The position numbers and the translations under genes are program-made. A DNA stretch of 63,333 nucleotides, the filler included, from Diploschistes diacapsis (Eukaryota): the NCBI GenBank assembly GCA_023645945.1. It is 13 parts of 13 records of this genome, joined end to end, with 100 filler letters (N's around TTAATTAATTAA, not from the genome) between each part and the next. Parts side by side here need not be neighbours in the genome. Positions count along the whole stretch, not along the records: positions 51,598 to 53,190 come from JALAIB010002841.1; positions 53,291 to 54,883 come from JALAIB010002842.1; positions 54,984 to 56,574 come from JALAIB010002843.1; positions 56,675 to 58,265 come from JALAIB010002844.1; positions 58,366 to 59,955 come from JALAIB010002845.1; positions 60,056 to 61,644 come from JALAIB010002846.1; positions 61,745 to 63,333 come from JALAIB010002847.1; 6 more parts are not named here. One strand, 5' to 3'. The notes under the pieces are model-generated. The model searched no databases. It was not told the origin of the DNA and saw only the letters and a list, made by a program, of their open reading frames with translations. Shown here piece by piece: positions 51,498-62,559 of the stretch; position 1 is the stretch's first letter, and each line of letters opens with the position of its first letter.

Positions 51498-52222
51498 NNN
51501 NNNNNNNNNNNNNNNNNNNNNNNNNNNNNNNNNNNNNNNNNTTAATTAATTAANNNNNNNNNNNNNNNNNNNNNNNNNNNNNNNNNNNNNNNNNNNNTAA
51601 TTATAGGCGATAATATCCCGCTAGTAGCTGAAATATATTCGATCGCAATTAATTATTTTTGTTTTTCTTTAATAACTTTTTAATTCGAGTCTGTTCGACT
51701 TGAAACGAAGGCTTTAAAGAAAGAATTATTATTAATATTAAAATCTGACTCGTTTATATTATAGATGTATTCGGGCGCGTATTGCCCTTTATTGTATTAA
51801 ATTATTATTATATTAAACCATCGTTGTATAGCCTCGTAACTTATCGTATTAAATTTATTAAACTCGATTTATCTTGTTTAGATATTAATAATTTTAAGAA
51901 ATCGTTTGCGAAATCGCGATACTTAATGTTTGTCGATAGGTTAAAAATTCGCGATCGTGACTTCTAAATTCGATCCGAATCGAATACGTTCGCGTTAAAT
52001 CTTTTCGGCCATATTTATTATTAACGTAAACGATATAAGAAAGTTAATTTATATAAAACGTATAATTTATCGTATTAATATCTTTTTTTTTAAATTTAAA
52101 AGGATTTAAATCGTTTCTTAATTATTAAAAAATAATTAAATTTTATTAAAATCGAATTATTGCGATACGAGATAGTCATTATTGAAAAAAATCGAATATA
52201 AGATAAAAATAGTAATTTAAGT

Positions 52223-52348
52223 TAGCCGGACTCTGGGGATGGCCGGACTTACCGTCAAACACGTTATCTAAAAACCGTAAAATATTAACGGTAATGATTT
52301 AAGGTAGCCCAGATGGGAAGGTGGCCCAGATGATTATAAAACACGTTA
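52223..52348. mobile_element. Two nested right-hand pogo/Fot1-type TIR ends (...CACGT|TA at 52264 and 52346)
   Basis: Each has two direct subrepeats (RGCCGGACT or RGCCCAGATG) and ends ACACGT followed by TA; closely matches the end at 62445-62487. Confidence 0.7.
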
Positions 52349-52859
52349 CTAACATTACGGTGTCCGTATTACTGACACCGGTAGTATTAATGTCAGTAAC
52401 GGCCAGCCTAATCCAATATTTGGGTACATAAATGCTGGATTATGGGACAAACAATGCTGGATTTAAAGATCCAATATTATCGGAGATTACTTATAAAGGA
52501 TGATATGTAGTAATATAATAATAATGGTTATAATATTCATAAACTAATCTCTGGAGAAGAAAGTAGGAGATTCGCTTCTGAAAACTCTTTTTATATAAAC
52601 CCGCGTCCTTGGCGCGGTGTTAGGGTTAAGATCCTCCGCTCGCCCGAAAGACTATTATAGATATTTATTATAATTCTTTTTCTTTTTCTTAGCTTTAAAT
52701 TTCTAAAACCGTTATTTACGTTTATTTAAAAACTTCCGTAATGGTTTCGATGTATTTTAATTAATTTCGCGAAAGAATAACGGATATAAATCCGGCGTTA
52801 AACGAAAAATTTGTGGATATGATTCCGATTAATTAATATGTAGACCGATATCGGTTTAT

Positions 52860-53025
52860 CACGAAAAGTTTTTGTCGGCGAAACTGGCGAAACCGGCGAA
52901 ATAGGCGACAGATAATGCGTTTAAACGACTACCGTGTTTCGTCAAAAGGTTTGGCGAAATACGGCGAAATTGACGAAACCGACGAAACTAACGAAACTAA
53001 CAAAACTAACGAAAATCGGCGAAGA
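52860..53025. repeat. Tandem 9-mer (GGCGAAACC and RIP variants) subterminal-type repeats of an unidentified DNA element
   Basis: GGCGAAACTGGCGAAACCGGCGAAATAGGCG ... GACGAAACCGACGAAACTAACGAAACTAAC directly visible. Confidence 0.7.
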
Positions 53026-54983
53026 TAATAAAGCCAATGATTTTTTATTAATATATTATGTAAGCTAAAAAATTTAAAGATTATATAATCAGTATTACGT
53101 AATTATTTAACGTATATACATAACGAACGGACACCTCCTATCCGATTTTATAAACTTTTAACTTTCGTATCAATTTTCTATGGGTACGATNNNNNNNNNN
53201 NNNNNNNNNNNNNNNNNNNNNNNNNNNNNNNNNNTTAATTAATTAANNNNNNNNNNNNNNNNNNNNNNNNNNNNNNNNNNNNNNNNNNNNATCTTATACG
53301 TACAAAATATAACGCGGATAGAATTAATAAGAATCGTAACTTCGTGCAAATTCTAAAGTTTCTTAAGTTCCATATAAGCTATGCGTGCGTGTCATAACTG
53401 ATAACTGATTTTATTAAATTAAATCTTCGGGTTTAGTCTAGGCTGAACTATCGGATTCAATTCAGGTTTAGATTTTCGTTACTAAGTACGTTATTGTTTT
53501 ATACGTATGTTTTTTTTTATAATCTTGTTCGAGTAATAGATTCCATTTTTTAATACGTAAGAATGATCCGTCCGTCGTTATCGTGTAGATGCAAACCGTT
53601 TTAATCAAAATTCCCCCGTAATCCTGTCTTGTATAACTCCTATCCCGATAAGCAATTGCTTTTAGTTCAAGGAGGTTTATAATATATCTTAAATATAAAA
53701 TATCGGAACCTAATCTTTCTAACGTAACGTAAGATAATTTAAATAAATTAAATTTTTCTCAACTTTGATTCGTAGTCTTCGAATAAGAATTAAACATTTA
53801 AATAAATAAACTAGTTAGTTATAATTAAGATTCAGGTTCAGGTTTAGATTATTTCTGAATTCTTATTATCTTAACTTTCTATATTATAGACGCGTTTATT
53901 CTTGCCCTTTTACTTATTATTAATATCTCGGGATTTCTTCTCCCGTTTCTTATCTTTTGTTATGATAGTCATCTTTTTAAATTCTTTGGCGAGCTTGCAT
54001 TATAACGCGAAATGATTATTATCATTATAAAATAAATATCCTTCAGATAAGCTTCTTGGGCTAGAACGGCGGCGTCGCTTTTCGTCAGATCGTCCTTGAT
54101 ATACGAGATAACCCCTAACGAAAGGAATATGCTGCAACTTCTTTTATTAACTTCTTTTATTTATCGGATAGCCTGTTAAGCCATTTATCGTAATTGTTTG
54201 GCAACGTAATGGATATATTGAAGTCTAGAGGTCTTATCCTAGGAAGTATCCTACTATGCAGACTTTTATACCCCACGGGACTCGCTAAGCCCTACTACCC
54301 ACACTACACCTGATCGGTCTAGTCAGGATTCCACCGGATTTCATAAGGTTCAACTAAATTGAACTAAATTAAACCTCGGTAAGTTCACTTAAACTAAACT
54401 TCCCGGGTTCTTCTAATAAATCTTTTAAAATAAACTAAATTTATAGTTATGCTTTCTGTTTATTTGCTCAATAATCTTTTATAGACGGAATTATTTAATA
54501 TATTAATTTATTTAAATATCTTTTCGACTAAAACCGATTATTTTTAATAAAAACGTTATATTTTATAACATAATAACGTTGTTTTAAGCGTCGTAATCCC
54601 GTTAACGACCATTTCGCGAATCTTATCTTACATAACCTTTTACTCCAATAATATAAAAAAAAAAGAAACACAATATATCTTAAATATAAAGTATTAAAAC
54701 TTGAAAACGCTTTTTTAATTTTATTAACCGTCGGTTACCATCATCTAATTCGGGACGATTATAAGAAGCAGAAGTTTTTAGAATGTTATGATTTATCGAA
54801 GATTCTAGATAATAGAATTTAATATTTAAATAAAGTACTTCTTTTCCGACTTTAATTCGTCGACTTCGAATAAAAATCTAACANNNNNNNNNNNNNNNNN
54901 NNNNNNNNNNNNNNNNNNNNNNNNNNNTTAATTAATTAANNNNNNNNNNNNNNNNNNNNNNNNNNNNNNNNNNNNNNNNNNNN

Positions 54984-56574
54984 CTCGATTAATATAAGTT
55001 CAAAATATAACCGGAATGTTTATTAATTTAAATCATATCATTTAATATTTAAATTAATCTTATTAATTACGAAAGATAATCTTTTATTTATCGTTCTCGC
55101 GAATACGGATACGATAATACGTATTTTTTAGATCTATTTTTAAAAATAATTTTACGTCTATAAAGCGATTTAACGTCTCGTTAATCAAAAGTAATAAATA
55201 ACGGTTTTTCCTCGTTATTTTATTTAACCCTCTATAATCGACGTATAAGCGTAAAACGCCATCCTTTTTTAATATAAATAAAATCGGAGCCCCTACGGGG
55301 CTACTAGATGATCGAATCCATCCACGTAACAGAACCTCGTCTAGATAATCGCGAAGCTCACGGAGCTCAACCGCGGAGAGGTTGTATAATGGCCCGTGAG
55401 GTGGTTCTTTGCCCTCTGTAACAGCGGGGGTAGTGCCTAATAGGGTAGCGCTATCCCACTGAGTTAAAAGACTAACACAATGCTTTTAGGAACCCCGAAA
55501 CACTGTTTCCCTATTACACTATATATAGATGCGTGGCTGTGATAGTAGAGGGATCTAAAGCCCAGGGCGCACCTTTAGGCGTTACAGCTATCTCTTTTCC
55601 CTATAATACTAACCCTTAACACTTATCACGTCTTATATAAGGTCCCGAGTATATTAGATATCCTAAGCCGTTTTTAATATCTACGTTATAGACTTAAAGG
55701 CGGGATTATCTAATCGTACTTAAAATTAATCGTATATTTTATATAACGTTAATCCCGTAAAATCGCACGTTTAACCGTAACGTAATAAATTCGATTATAT
55801 AAATAATAAGCCTTATGCTCGAATCAACGATCTGAAGAATAAAAGCATAATTATAACAACGGAAGTAATATTTAATAAAGTAACGCTATCCCACTGAATT
55901 AAAAAACTAATATAATGCTTTCAGGAACCCCGAAGCACTGTTTCCCTATTACACTATATATAGGTGCGTGGCTGTGGCAGCAGGGGGACCTGAACCCCAG
56001 GGCGGACCTTTGGGCGTTACACCCTCGGTGTCAATTGCATGATCGCTGGGCTTGTGCCCGGGTAGGCTCACTACTAAGTCCCCGTCGAACACGTCCCGGT
56101 AATCGGAGATGCAAAGAAGTAAAGTATGTTTTATATTTATTTCTTCGAGACGTACCGACACGGCTCCGATAGAAATGCGCTCGTATTTCATATTAAATAA
56201 AATTAACGCAAAAACGTTCGAATTTTCGGCGGTAATTTTATAAAATTCTTTCGACGATAATAATTTATGTTTCTCGTTAACGAGAATAAAACGTTAGATA
56301 TAATTATAATTATAATTAATTCGAGTTATTTTTAGCCCTAAAATATTTAAAATAATCGGATTTCTTGTCTTATCGATAAAATAATAAATAATTTGGAATT
56401 TATTATTTATTCCGTATTCGTCCCGTATAGCGAACGTAACGCGGTATATTTCGTAATAATATAGCTTAAATTCGTTTATAAATTTTAAATACGGTAAATC
56501 TACGTTTAATAGCCGTATAAATTACGCTTTATTTACGAATTTTTCGTTAATAATATTATATTTTACTTTAATAT
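54984..56574 (-). mobile_element. RIP-mutated Ty3/gypsy protease-RT fragment, interrupted by the TRIM
   Basis: Removing the TRIM plus one TSD restores DYRDVF...LPGHKPSDHAIDTEGKEPPHGPLYNLSAVELRELRDYLDE...GWIRSSSSPVGAPILF..KKDG.LRLYVDYRGLNKITRKNRY. Confidence 0.92.
55417..56021 (-). mobile_element. TRIM-like non-autonomous mini LTR retrotransposon (605 bp): LTRs 55417-55586 and 55852-56021 (170 bp each), 265-bp internal region, TSD CCCTC
   Basis: TGTAAC...GTTACA termini on both LTRs (the second starts TATAAC, a RIP-type change); CCCTC at 55412-55416 and 56022-56026. A PPT-like AGGGAAAAGAGA on minus at 55591-55602 favours minus as the sense strand. Confidence 0.9.
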
Positions 56575-56904
56575 NNNNNNNNNNNNNNNNNNNNNNNNNN
56601 NNNNNNNNNNNNNNNNNNTTAATTAATTAANNNNNNNNNNNNNNNNNNNNNNNNNNNNNNNNNNNNNNNNNNNNTATATAGGTAATTATTCCTTAACGCA
56701 ATAAATTAATAAATAAATAAAACTACCGTTCTCCCTTTCTACCTATAGAAGGTAAACTAGCTTCCAAGGCTTTCTACTTATCACGTGACCAATATCACCA
56801 TAATTGGACTATATACAAGGAATGGTTGGGCTAGGCCCGATCAGCTATGAAGTGCCAAGTGAACTACCACCTAGTCACTTGGATCGTAACAATGGGCTGC
56901 GATA

Positions 56905-57340
56905 AAGAAAATATTTTCTTTTTAATAAAACCGTTCGTTATATATAGGGTATGTATTAAATCGAGTAACTTTTCCGTAAATAAGATATCGGTAGGTTTTC
57001 GCCTCGTGATATCTTTCACGAATATTCGCGGAATAAGTGGATATTTTATTATTAACTTTTCTTAAATAAATAGCGCTTTAGTTGATTTATAATAGATTTG
57101 CGGTATTCGATCGTTATTCTTGTTTTCCGGATGTTCTGATCTAGGTATATTAAAGGTTGATAACACTGTATTTAAGCCTTCTTAATTAGGTAGCGCTTTT
57201 ATTAACCTGCGATGGATTTGCGGTATATTATCGTCGTTTTCGTCTTCCGGGTTTTTTAATTTAAGCGAAATTCTTTAAACTCTCGCAATATCGCGGCGTT
57301 CCTACGGAAGACCTGCGGTATAATACCGAATACACTTCGA
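56905..57340. repeat. RIP-mutated retroelement-like internal region with ~120-bp tandem units; homologous (inverted) to ~60060-60615
   Basis: CCTCGTGATATCTTTCACGAATA shared; repeated GACG.CG.AGGTCCATCGTAGGT.AAT units at ~60170, 60290 and 60415. Confidence 0.7.
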
Positions 57341-57347
57341 TATGGTA

Positions 57348-58164
57348 ACCTGTTTCACGGAAATTCCGGCCACCCCCAGATTCCGGCCACTTTTGCCAAG
57401 AAATAGTTTAAATCTTCAATATTTCTTCGAAATTAATCGTTATTTTTATTTTTTTTAAAATATTACTTTTCAATCAATGATCTATCATATATAAAAAGTG
57501 CACATTGATTACGTCATTACTTAATTTTTTTAAGCGAATTAAAAATAAGGACTGGAAAAAGTCGATTTTTGAATCTTTTAAAATCTGCTTTAACTAACCC
57601 AAAAATATTTTATTTAAATGAGCTATTATAAGCGGTTCTATGCGTAGTTTTCATTAAGAATATACAAAAAGCATTTTTTTGACGTTATACTGTCGTTGTG
57701 TGACCGGTTTCATCATTTTTCAGTCATTTTAGAAAATTGAGATTAAGCGAAAACTAGCCGTTTTATGGCCAAATTATTTAAAATCTTTCGGATTTTGAAG
57801 AATAAAGCCACACAACGACTGTATAACGTCGAAAAGATGTTTTTTTTATATTTTTATTAAACTTTACGCATAAAACCATTCGTAATGATATATTTATATA
57901 AAATATTTTTTCCTTGGTTAAAGCAGATTTTAAATGATTCAAAAATCCGTTTTTTCGAGTCTTCATTCTTAATTCCCTTGCAAAAGTTAACTGATAACGT
58001 ACATAATATGCACTTTTTACATATGGTGGACAATTGACTAAAAAGTTATATTTTGAAAAAAAAATAGAATAACGATTAATTTCGAAGAATTATTGAAGAT
58101 TTAAACTATTTCTTGGCAAAAGTGGCCGAAATCTGGGAGTGGGCGGAATCCCCGTGAAACACGT
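57348..58164. mobile_element. Foldback/MITE-like non-autonomous pogo/Fot1-type DNA transposon (817 bp), TA TSD, ~355-bp inverted arms
   Basis: TA|ACCTGTTTCACGG...CCGTGAAACACGT|TA; doubled TTCCGGCCAC subrepeat; inverted similarity continues inward to 57702/57809. Confidence 0.88.
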
Positions 58165-58365
58165 TATTATAATCGTTTACAATCAAGAAACGTAGCGTTT
58201 CAGGTCGATTCGGTCTAATTAAAAATTTAAAAATACGTATAAGTTATTAATAACCGTGTTTATTTNNNNNNNNNNNNNNNNNNNNNNNNNNNNNNNNNNN
58301 NNNNNNNNNTTAATTAATTAANNNNNNNNNNNNNNNNNNNNNNNNNNNNNNNNNNNNNNNNNNNN

Positions 58366-58800
58366 TATTTCTATTAACTCGTCGTTATTTTATCCTACTT
58401 ATTAAAATAGTCTTAAAATCCAACGACATGTTTTAAAATCAATCCTTTTTAGTTAACTATTTTGACCACTTTAATCGCGTATTTTTTTATCGTTAATAAT
58501 ACTGCAAGCTAGTTTGATCTATTTTATAAACGTATCATAGTCGTAAAACATTCCTAATTCGTTTTATTATTTAAGTAAGAAAGTTTGAAAATATGATTTT
58601 ATTTATAAAAATACGCGGCCACGTATAAAATCCACAATATAAACGGTTTTACCACTTTCGACGCTTATAATACGAATATTTTAAAAGAAATTAACCGCGA
58701 GTTGCAAGAATTAGGATTCGAGCTTCTTACGACTTCCGTAATATTTATCCGGTTTCTCAACTTTAAAGTCAAATACGTCTTCGTTTATTTTATCGTTATT
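58366..58800 (-). mobile_element. RIP-mutated Ty3/gypsy gag fragment
   Basis: FKVEKPDKYYGSRKKLES*FLQL...KTVYIVDFIRGRVFL*IK matches the KP..F.G.R.KLE.WL.Q ... RG.A..W pattern of retrotransposon gag. Confidence 0.7.
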
Positions 58801-59124
58801 TCCGAAATCGTCTTTTCGTGCTTCGGTAGAATCCGTTATAAAGATATTAGTTTCTTTTAGCACCGAAGTTCTTTATACTGGTACCTAAGGTAATACGGAT
58901 CTAGCCACGGAGGGCGATTTCCCGGTTATATTATTTAAATATTCATTTTAAAGGTATTTAAGTATTACAATCTCTACCTTTATAAAATAAACACGCGGTA
59001 TTAATTAAGGTTAATTTAATCTCGATTGAAAGGAATGTTAATAAAAAGAAAAAAAGAATAATTATAGATCTAAAGCTTTTTCTAAAAGAAAGTTATAAAA
59101 TAATAAAGATAACGAATATAAATT

Positions 59125-59296
59125 TGTAACGCCCGCAGTGCGCGCACCGGGGTTCAGGTCCCCCTGCTGCCACAGCTACGCACCTACATATAGTGTAATA
59201 GGGAAACAGTGCTTTCGGGGTTCCTGAAAGCATTGTGGTTAGTCTTTTGGCTCAGGGGGATAGCGCTACCTATTAGGCACTACCCTCGCTGTTACA
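59125..59296 (+). mobile_element. Solo LTR of the TRIM family (172 bp), 5-bp TSD AAATT
   Basis: Reverse complement of the 55417/55852 LTRs; TGTAAC...GTTACA; AAATT at 59120-59124 and 59297-59301; little RIP damage. Confidence 0.9.
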
Positions 59297-59599
59297 AAAT
59301 TAATCCCGAACATTATTTAAAGATATCTATAAAAATAAATATATCAGGACATAAATAATCCTAATATAAGAACTATAATTAATAGCCCTCGATAGAGCAC
59401 CAGTATCTATTCTCTCAGCTCCCAAAAACGAAAGAAGCGGTAACGACAGCTTTTATAAAACAGAAGGAGCGCTACTTATTGCTCTTAAAAAGCACACGGG
59501 GCGGCGCTGCTCGCTCCAACAACTCACGTGACCGGTGTCCACGCAAAGTTCCTAAGTGAGTGGCTGGGACGTGACAGGTTAGATACATGGATCGTAACA

Positions 59600-59955
59600 C
59601 CTTAAAATAACCTAAAATGTCGGTTAGATAAAAAATAACATAATCGTTTAAAATATCGGGTAATATATCGTTCATAAGTTCTTGTTCGGTAACTAATACG
59701 TTACTAATTAACTTAAAAGATGTTATTAAATATTATTATTTTTTATCTTCTTTTATCTCAATAAGGTCAAAGCCCGCACGTTAATCCAGTTTCGTAAACC
59801 ATTTTTATACCATATAATCGATCTCGCAATTCGTGAATGTTCGATATAAGATAACGGTTCTTTACGATAATAACATTAAGTTTCCGGAAGTCGATATAAG
59901 GTCGATAAATATATCTATTTTTACTATCAGGTTTCGATATAAAATAATTAGAAAG
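59600..59955 (-). mobile_element. RIP-mutated Ty3/gypsy reverse transcriptase core, truncated by an LTR-C-like end
   Basis: RPYIDFRKLNVIIVKNRYLISNIHELRDRLYGIKWFTKLD*RAGF...MNDILPDILNDYVIFYLTDILGY (degenerate YLDD). Confidence 0.88.
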
Positions 59956-60729
59956 NNNNNNNNNNNNNNNNNNNNNNNNNNNNNNNNNNNNNNNNNNNNT
60001 TAATTAATTAANNNNNNNNNNNNNNNNNNNNNNNNNNNNNNNNNNNNNNNNNNNNCGTTATATTATATCGAAGCGTATTTAATATTATACCGCAAGTTTT
60101 CTATAAAAATACCGCGATATTACGAAAGTTTAAAGAATGTCGTTTTAAATTAAAACATTCGGAAAACGAGAACGACGGTAAGACACCGTAGGTCCATCGT
60201 AGGTTAATTAAAATGTTATTTTATTAAAAAAACTTAAATATAATATTATCAGCCCTTAAAGTACTTAAACCAGAAAACCCGAAAAATAAGAACGACGGCG
60301 AGACGCCGCAGGTCCATCGTAGGTCAATGAAAGTATTACCTACTCGAAAAAATCCGGATAGAATATTATTAGTTTCGAATAATATATCTAGGTTAAAAAA
60401 CCCGAAAGACGAAAAAGACGATCGAATATTATAAGTCCATCGTAAGTTAATTAAAACGTTACCGATCTAAAAAGAATTAATAATAAAATATCTATTTATT
60501 CCGCGAGTATTCGTGAAAGATATCACGAGGTAAGAATTTATCGATATTTCACCGACGGGAAGTTATTCGACTTAATACGTATCTTAAATATAGCGGACGA
60601 TTTTATTAAAAAGAATAATGGGTATCCTTTTAAATAAATTAGCGAAAGAGATAAAGATCGAGATAAATATTGATTAAAAAGAGTATTATCGCGTTTATAA
60701 GAAACACAAGCATCTGAAGAGGGGGATAA

Positions 60730-61026
60730 TAAGATAAATCAGCCCAGGAGTGCCAAGCCACCGGGGTCACGTGACGATAAAGTTACATAACGGGTATTAA
60801 CCGTGCTAAGGATGTTAGGGGGTGGCTGTGTAGGCGGGTAGAACCCGAACCCCGTAGGACTTGCACCCACACATTATTTATTCCTGCCACCCTCCCACCT
60901 AGATAGTTTCTTCTCTAGCTTTTCGAATCGAGACCTTTTACTTACAGATGCCCAGCTACACGTAATCTCACCGGATCAGGCCCAGCCCCCGGTAGTGTAG
61001 TATCCCATTCCTGCGCTGGCGTTTCA
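60730..61026 (+). mobile_element. LTR family B, 3' LTR (297 bp) with PPT GAAGAGGGGGA at ~60716-60726
   Basis: TAAGATAAATC (RIP of TGAGACAGATC)...GGCGTTTCA; homologous to 26229-26509 and 23370-23702. Confidence 0.85.
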
Positions 61027-61744
61027 CTGTTATACTCATTATTACAACGTAAAAAGAAAATAAAACGGAAAAAACTGATTAACATAAAATAAAAAATCGT
61101 TACCTTAGAAGTTTATTTCGCTTTTAAAACGTGCCGTATTATAAGACACGATCATCTTAATTACGCGATCACGTGCCTAATAAATTATTACCGAGATAAA
61201 TATTGCATAATTATAATCCACCGTGACAAGAGGCTGCAAGCCGGTATAACCCGAAGACTTCCTTTATCTAACGAGGATCCTATGCATCTAAAACATGTAT
61301 AATAGAATTATCGGTTCTATAAAGCGGTAAATTATAAATATCACGATAAGAACGTTTATCCTATTAATAAGTATATTATAGAAAAAGCCAAAACTTTTTA
61401 ATTATAAATTAAATTAAAAAATTATATATCATAAACATAAACGCTGGCACAACGGCTCCAGAAAAATAGAGAATCTAGATTATTTTCGAGATCGGATTAA
61501 ATCGACATGCCATATAGGCACTAATCGATCTAAGTATCATTATAAATGCTATTTTAATCTCTTATACATAACTGTTGAAATTAAAAAGTTACGAATTTTA
61601 AAAGAAATATACATTCGGAACCGTAACGACACGAAACGCTTTATNNNNNNNNNNNNNNNNNNNNNNNNNNNNNNNNNNNNNNNNNNNNTTAATTAATTAA
61701 NNNNNNNNNNNNNNNNNNNNNNNNNNNNNNNNNNNNNNNNNNNN

Positions 61745-62487
61745 GATTTAGATTTATTCTTATTATATAATTTTTACCAAATGCGACCGAATTGCGGAAG
61801 ATTAATAAAGAATTTAATTAGGCGTTGCGTAGAACGCCCCTACAGGAATACTACACAACCAGGGGCTGAGCCTGATCTGGAAGGATCACGTGTAGCTGCA
61901 ATCTGTAGGCTGAATGGTTCAGATTCGAAAAGGTGAAGAAGGAACTATCTAGGTGGGAACAGGGCACATATAAATAGTCTAGGTGCCAGCCCTACTGCCC
62001 TACGGGGTTCAACCCTTGAACCCACAAACGATCAGGATGTTCCATTGCGAGCCGTTTTAAAATTAATTAATCCGATTCGACGTTATTCGAGTCGAGTAAC
62101 CCGTATGCTTCAATCGACGTATATTAAACTCATAACGCTTCGTAAAAAAAACCGAAAATAAAAAAGGTTTTTTAATAACCGTAAGAAACGTAAATTAAAT
62201 AAACGAATCGAATTAAAAAGTCGTTTTATATTTAATACGGACGAAGTTTTTAAAATAATAATTCGGGTTAAATCGAGTCGAATAGTTTTAAACCGATCTA
62301 TAACGCGTAAAAAACGTCGTCGATTTTTTAAAATCGAAAAGGATAAAGAAGAAAAGGATAGATTCGATTTAGATTGATTAGATTCTGATTACGAAAAACA
62401 GATTATATTTAAAAACCGTACAATATTGGCGGTAGTGATTTGAGGTGGCCGGACTCTAGGGGTGGCCGGACTCACCGTCAAACACGT
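61745..62487 (+). mobile_element. RIP-mutated pogo/Fot1-type transposon 3' part (transposase C-terminus plus right TIR), interrupted by a solo LTR
   Basis: PNATELRKINKEFN*ALR|AV...PIRRYSSRVTRMLQST..KLITLRK...RKKRK..KRIELKSRFIFNTDEV; TIR ...GGCCGGACTCACCGTCAAACACGT|TA. Confidence 0.75.
61830..62044 (-). mobile_element. Solo LTR, family A (215 bp), 5-bp TSD TTGCG
   Basis: TAGAAC...GTTCCA termini; TTGCG at 61825-61829 and 62045-62049; removal restores the transposase frame. Confidence 0.92.
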
Positions 62488-62559
62488 TACACTACTATAA
62501 CTTCCCTTCTAAAATTATTATAAAGATTATTTCTATCGTATATAAGACCTAATCGATAT

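Noticed and set aside
52615..52630. TTAGGGTT as a telomeric repeat
   Set aside because: Single unit only, no tandem array.
61028..61228. Possible additional ~200-bp solo LTR (TGTTAT...CGTGACA)
   Set aside because: Left terminus too degraded, no TSD and no second copy in the window.
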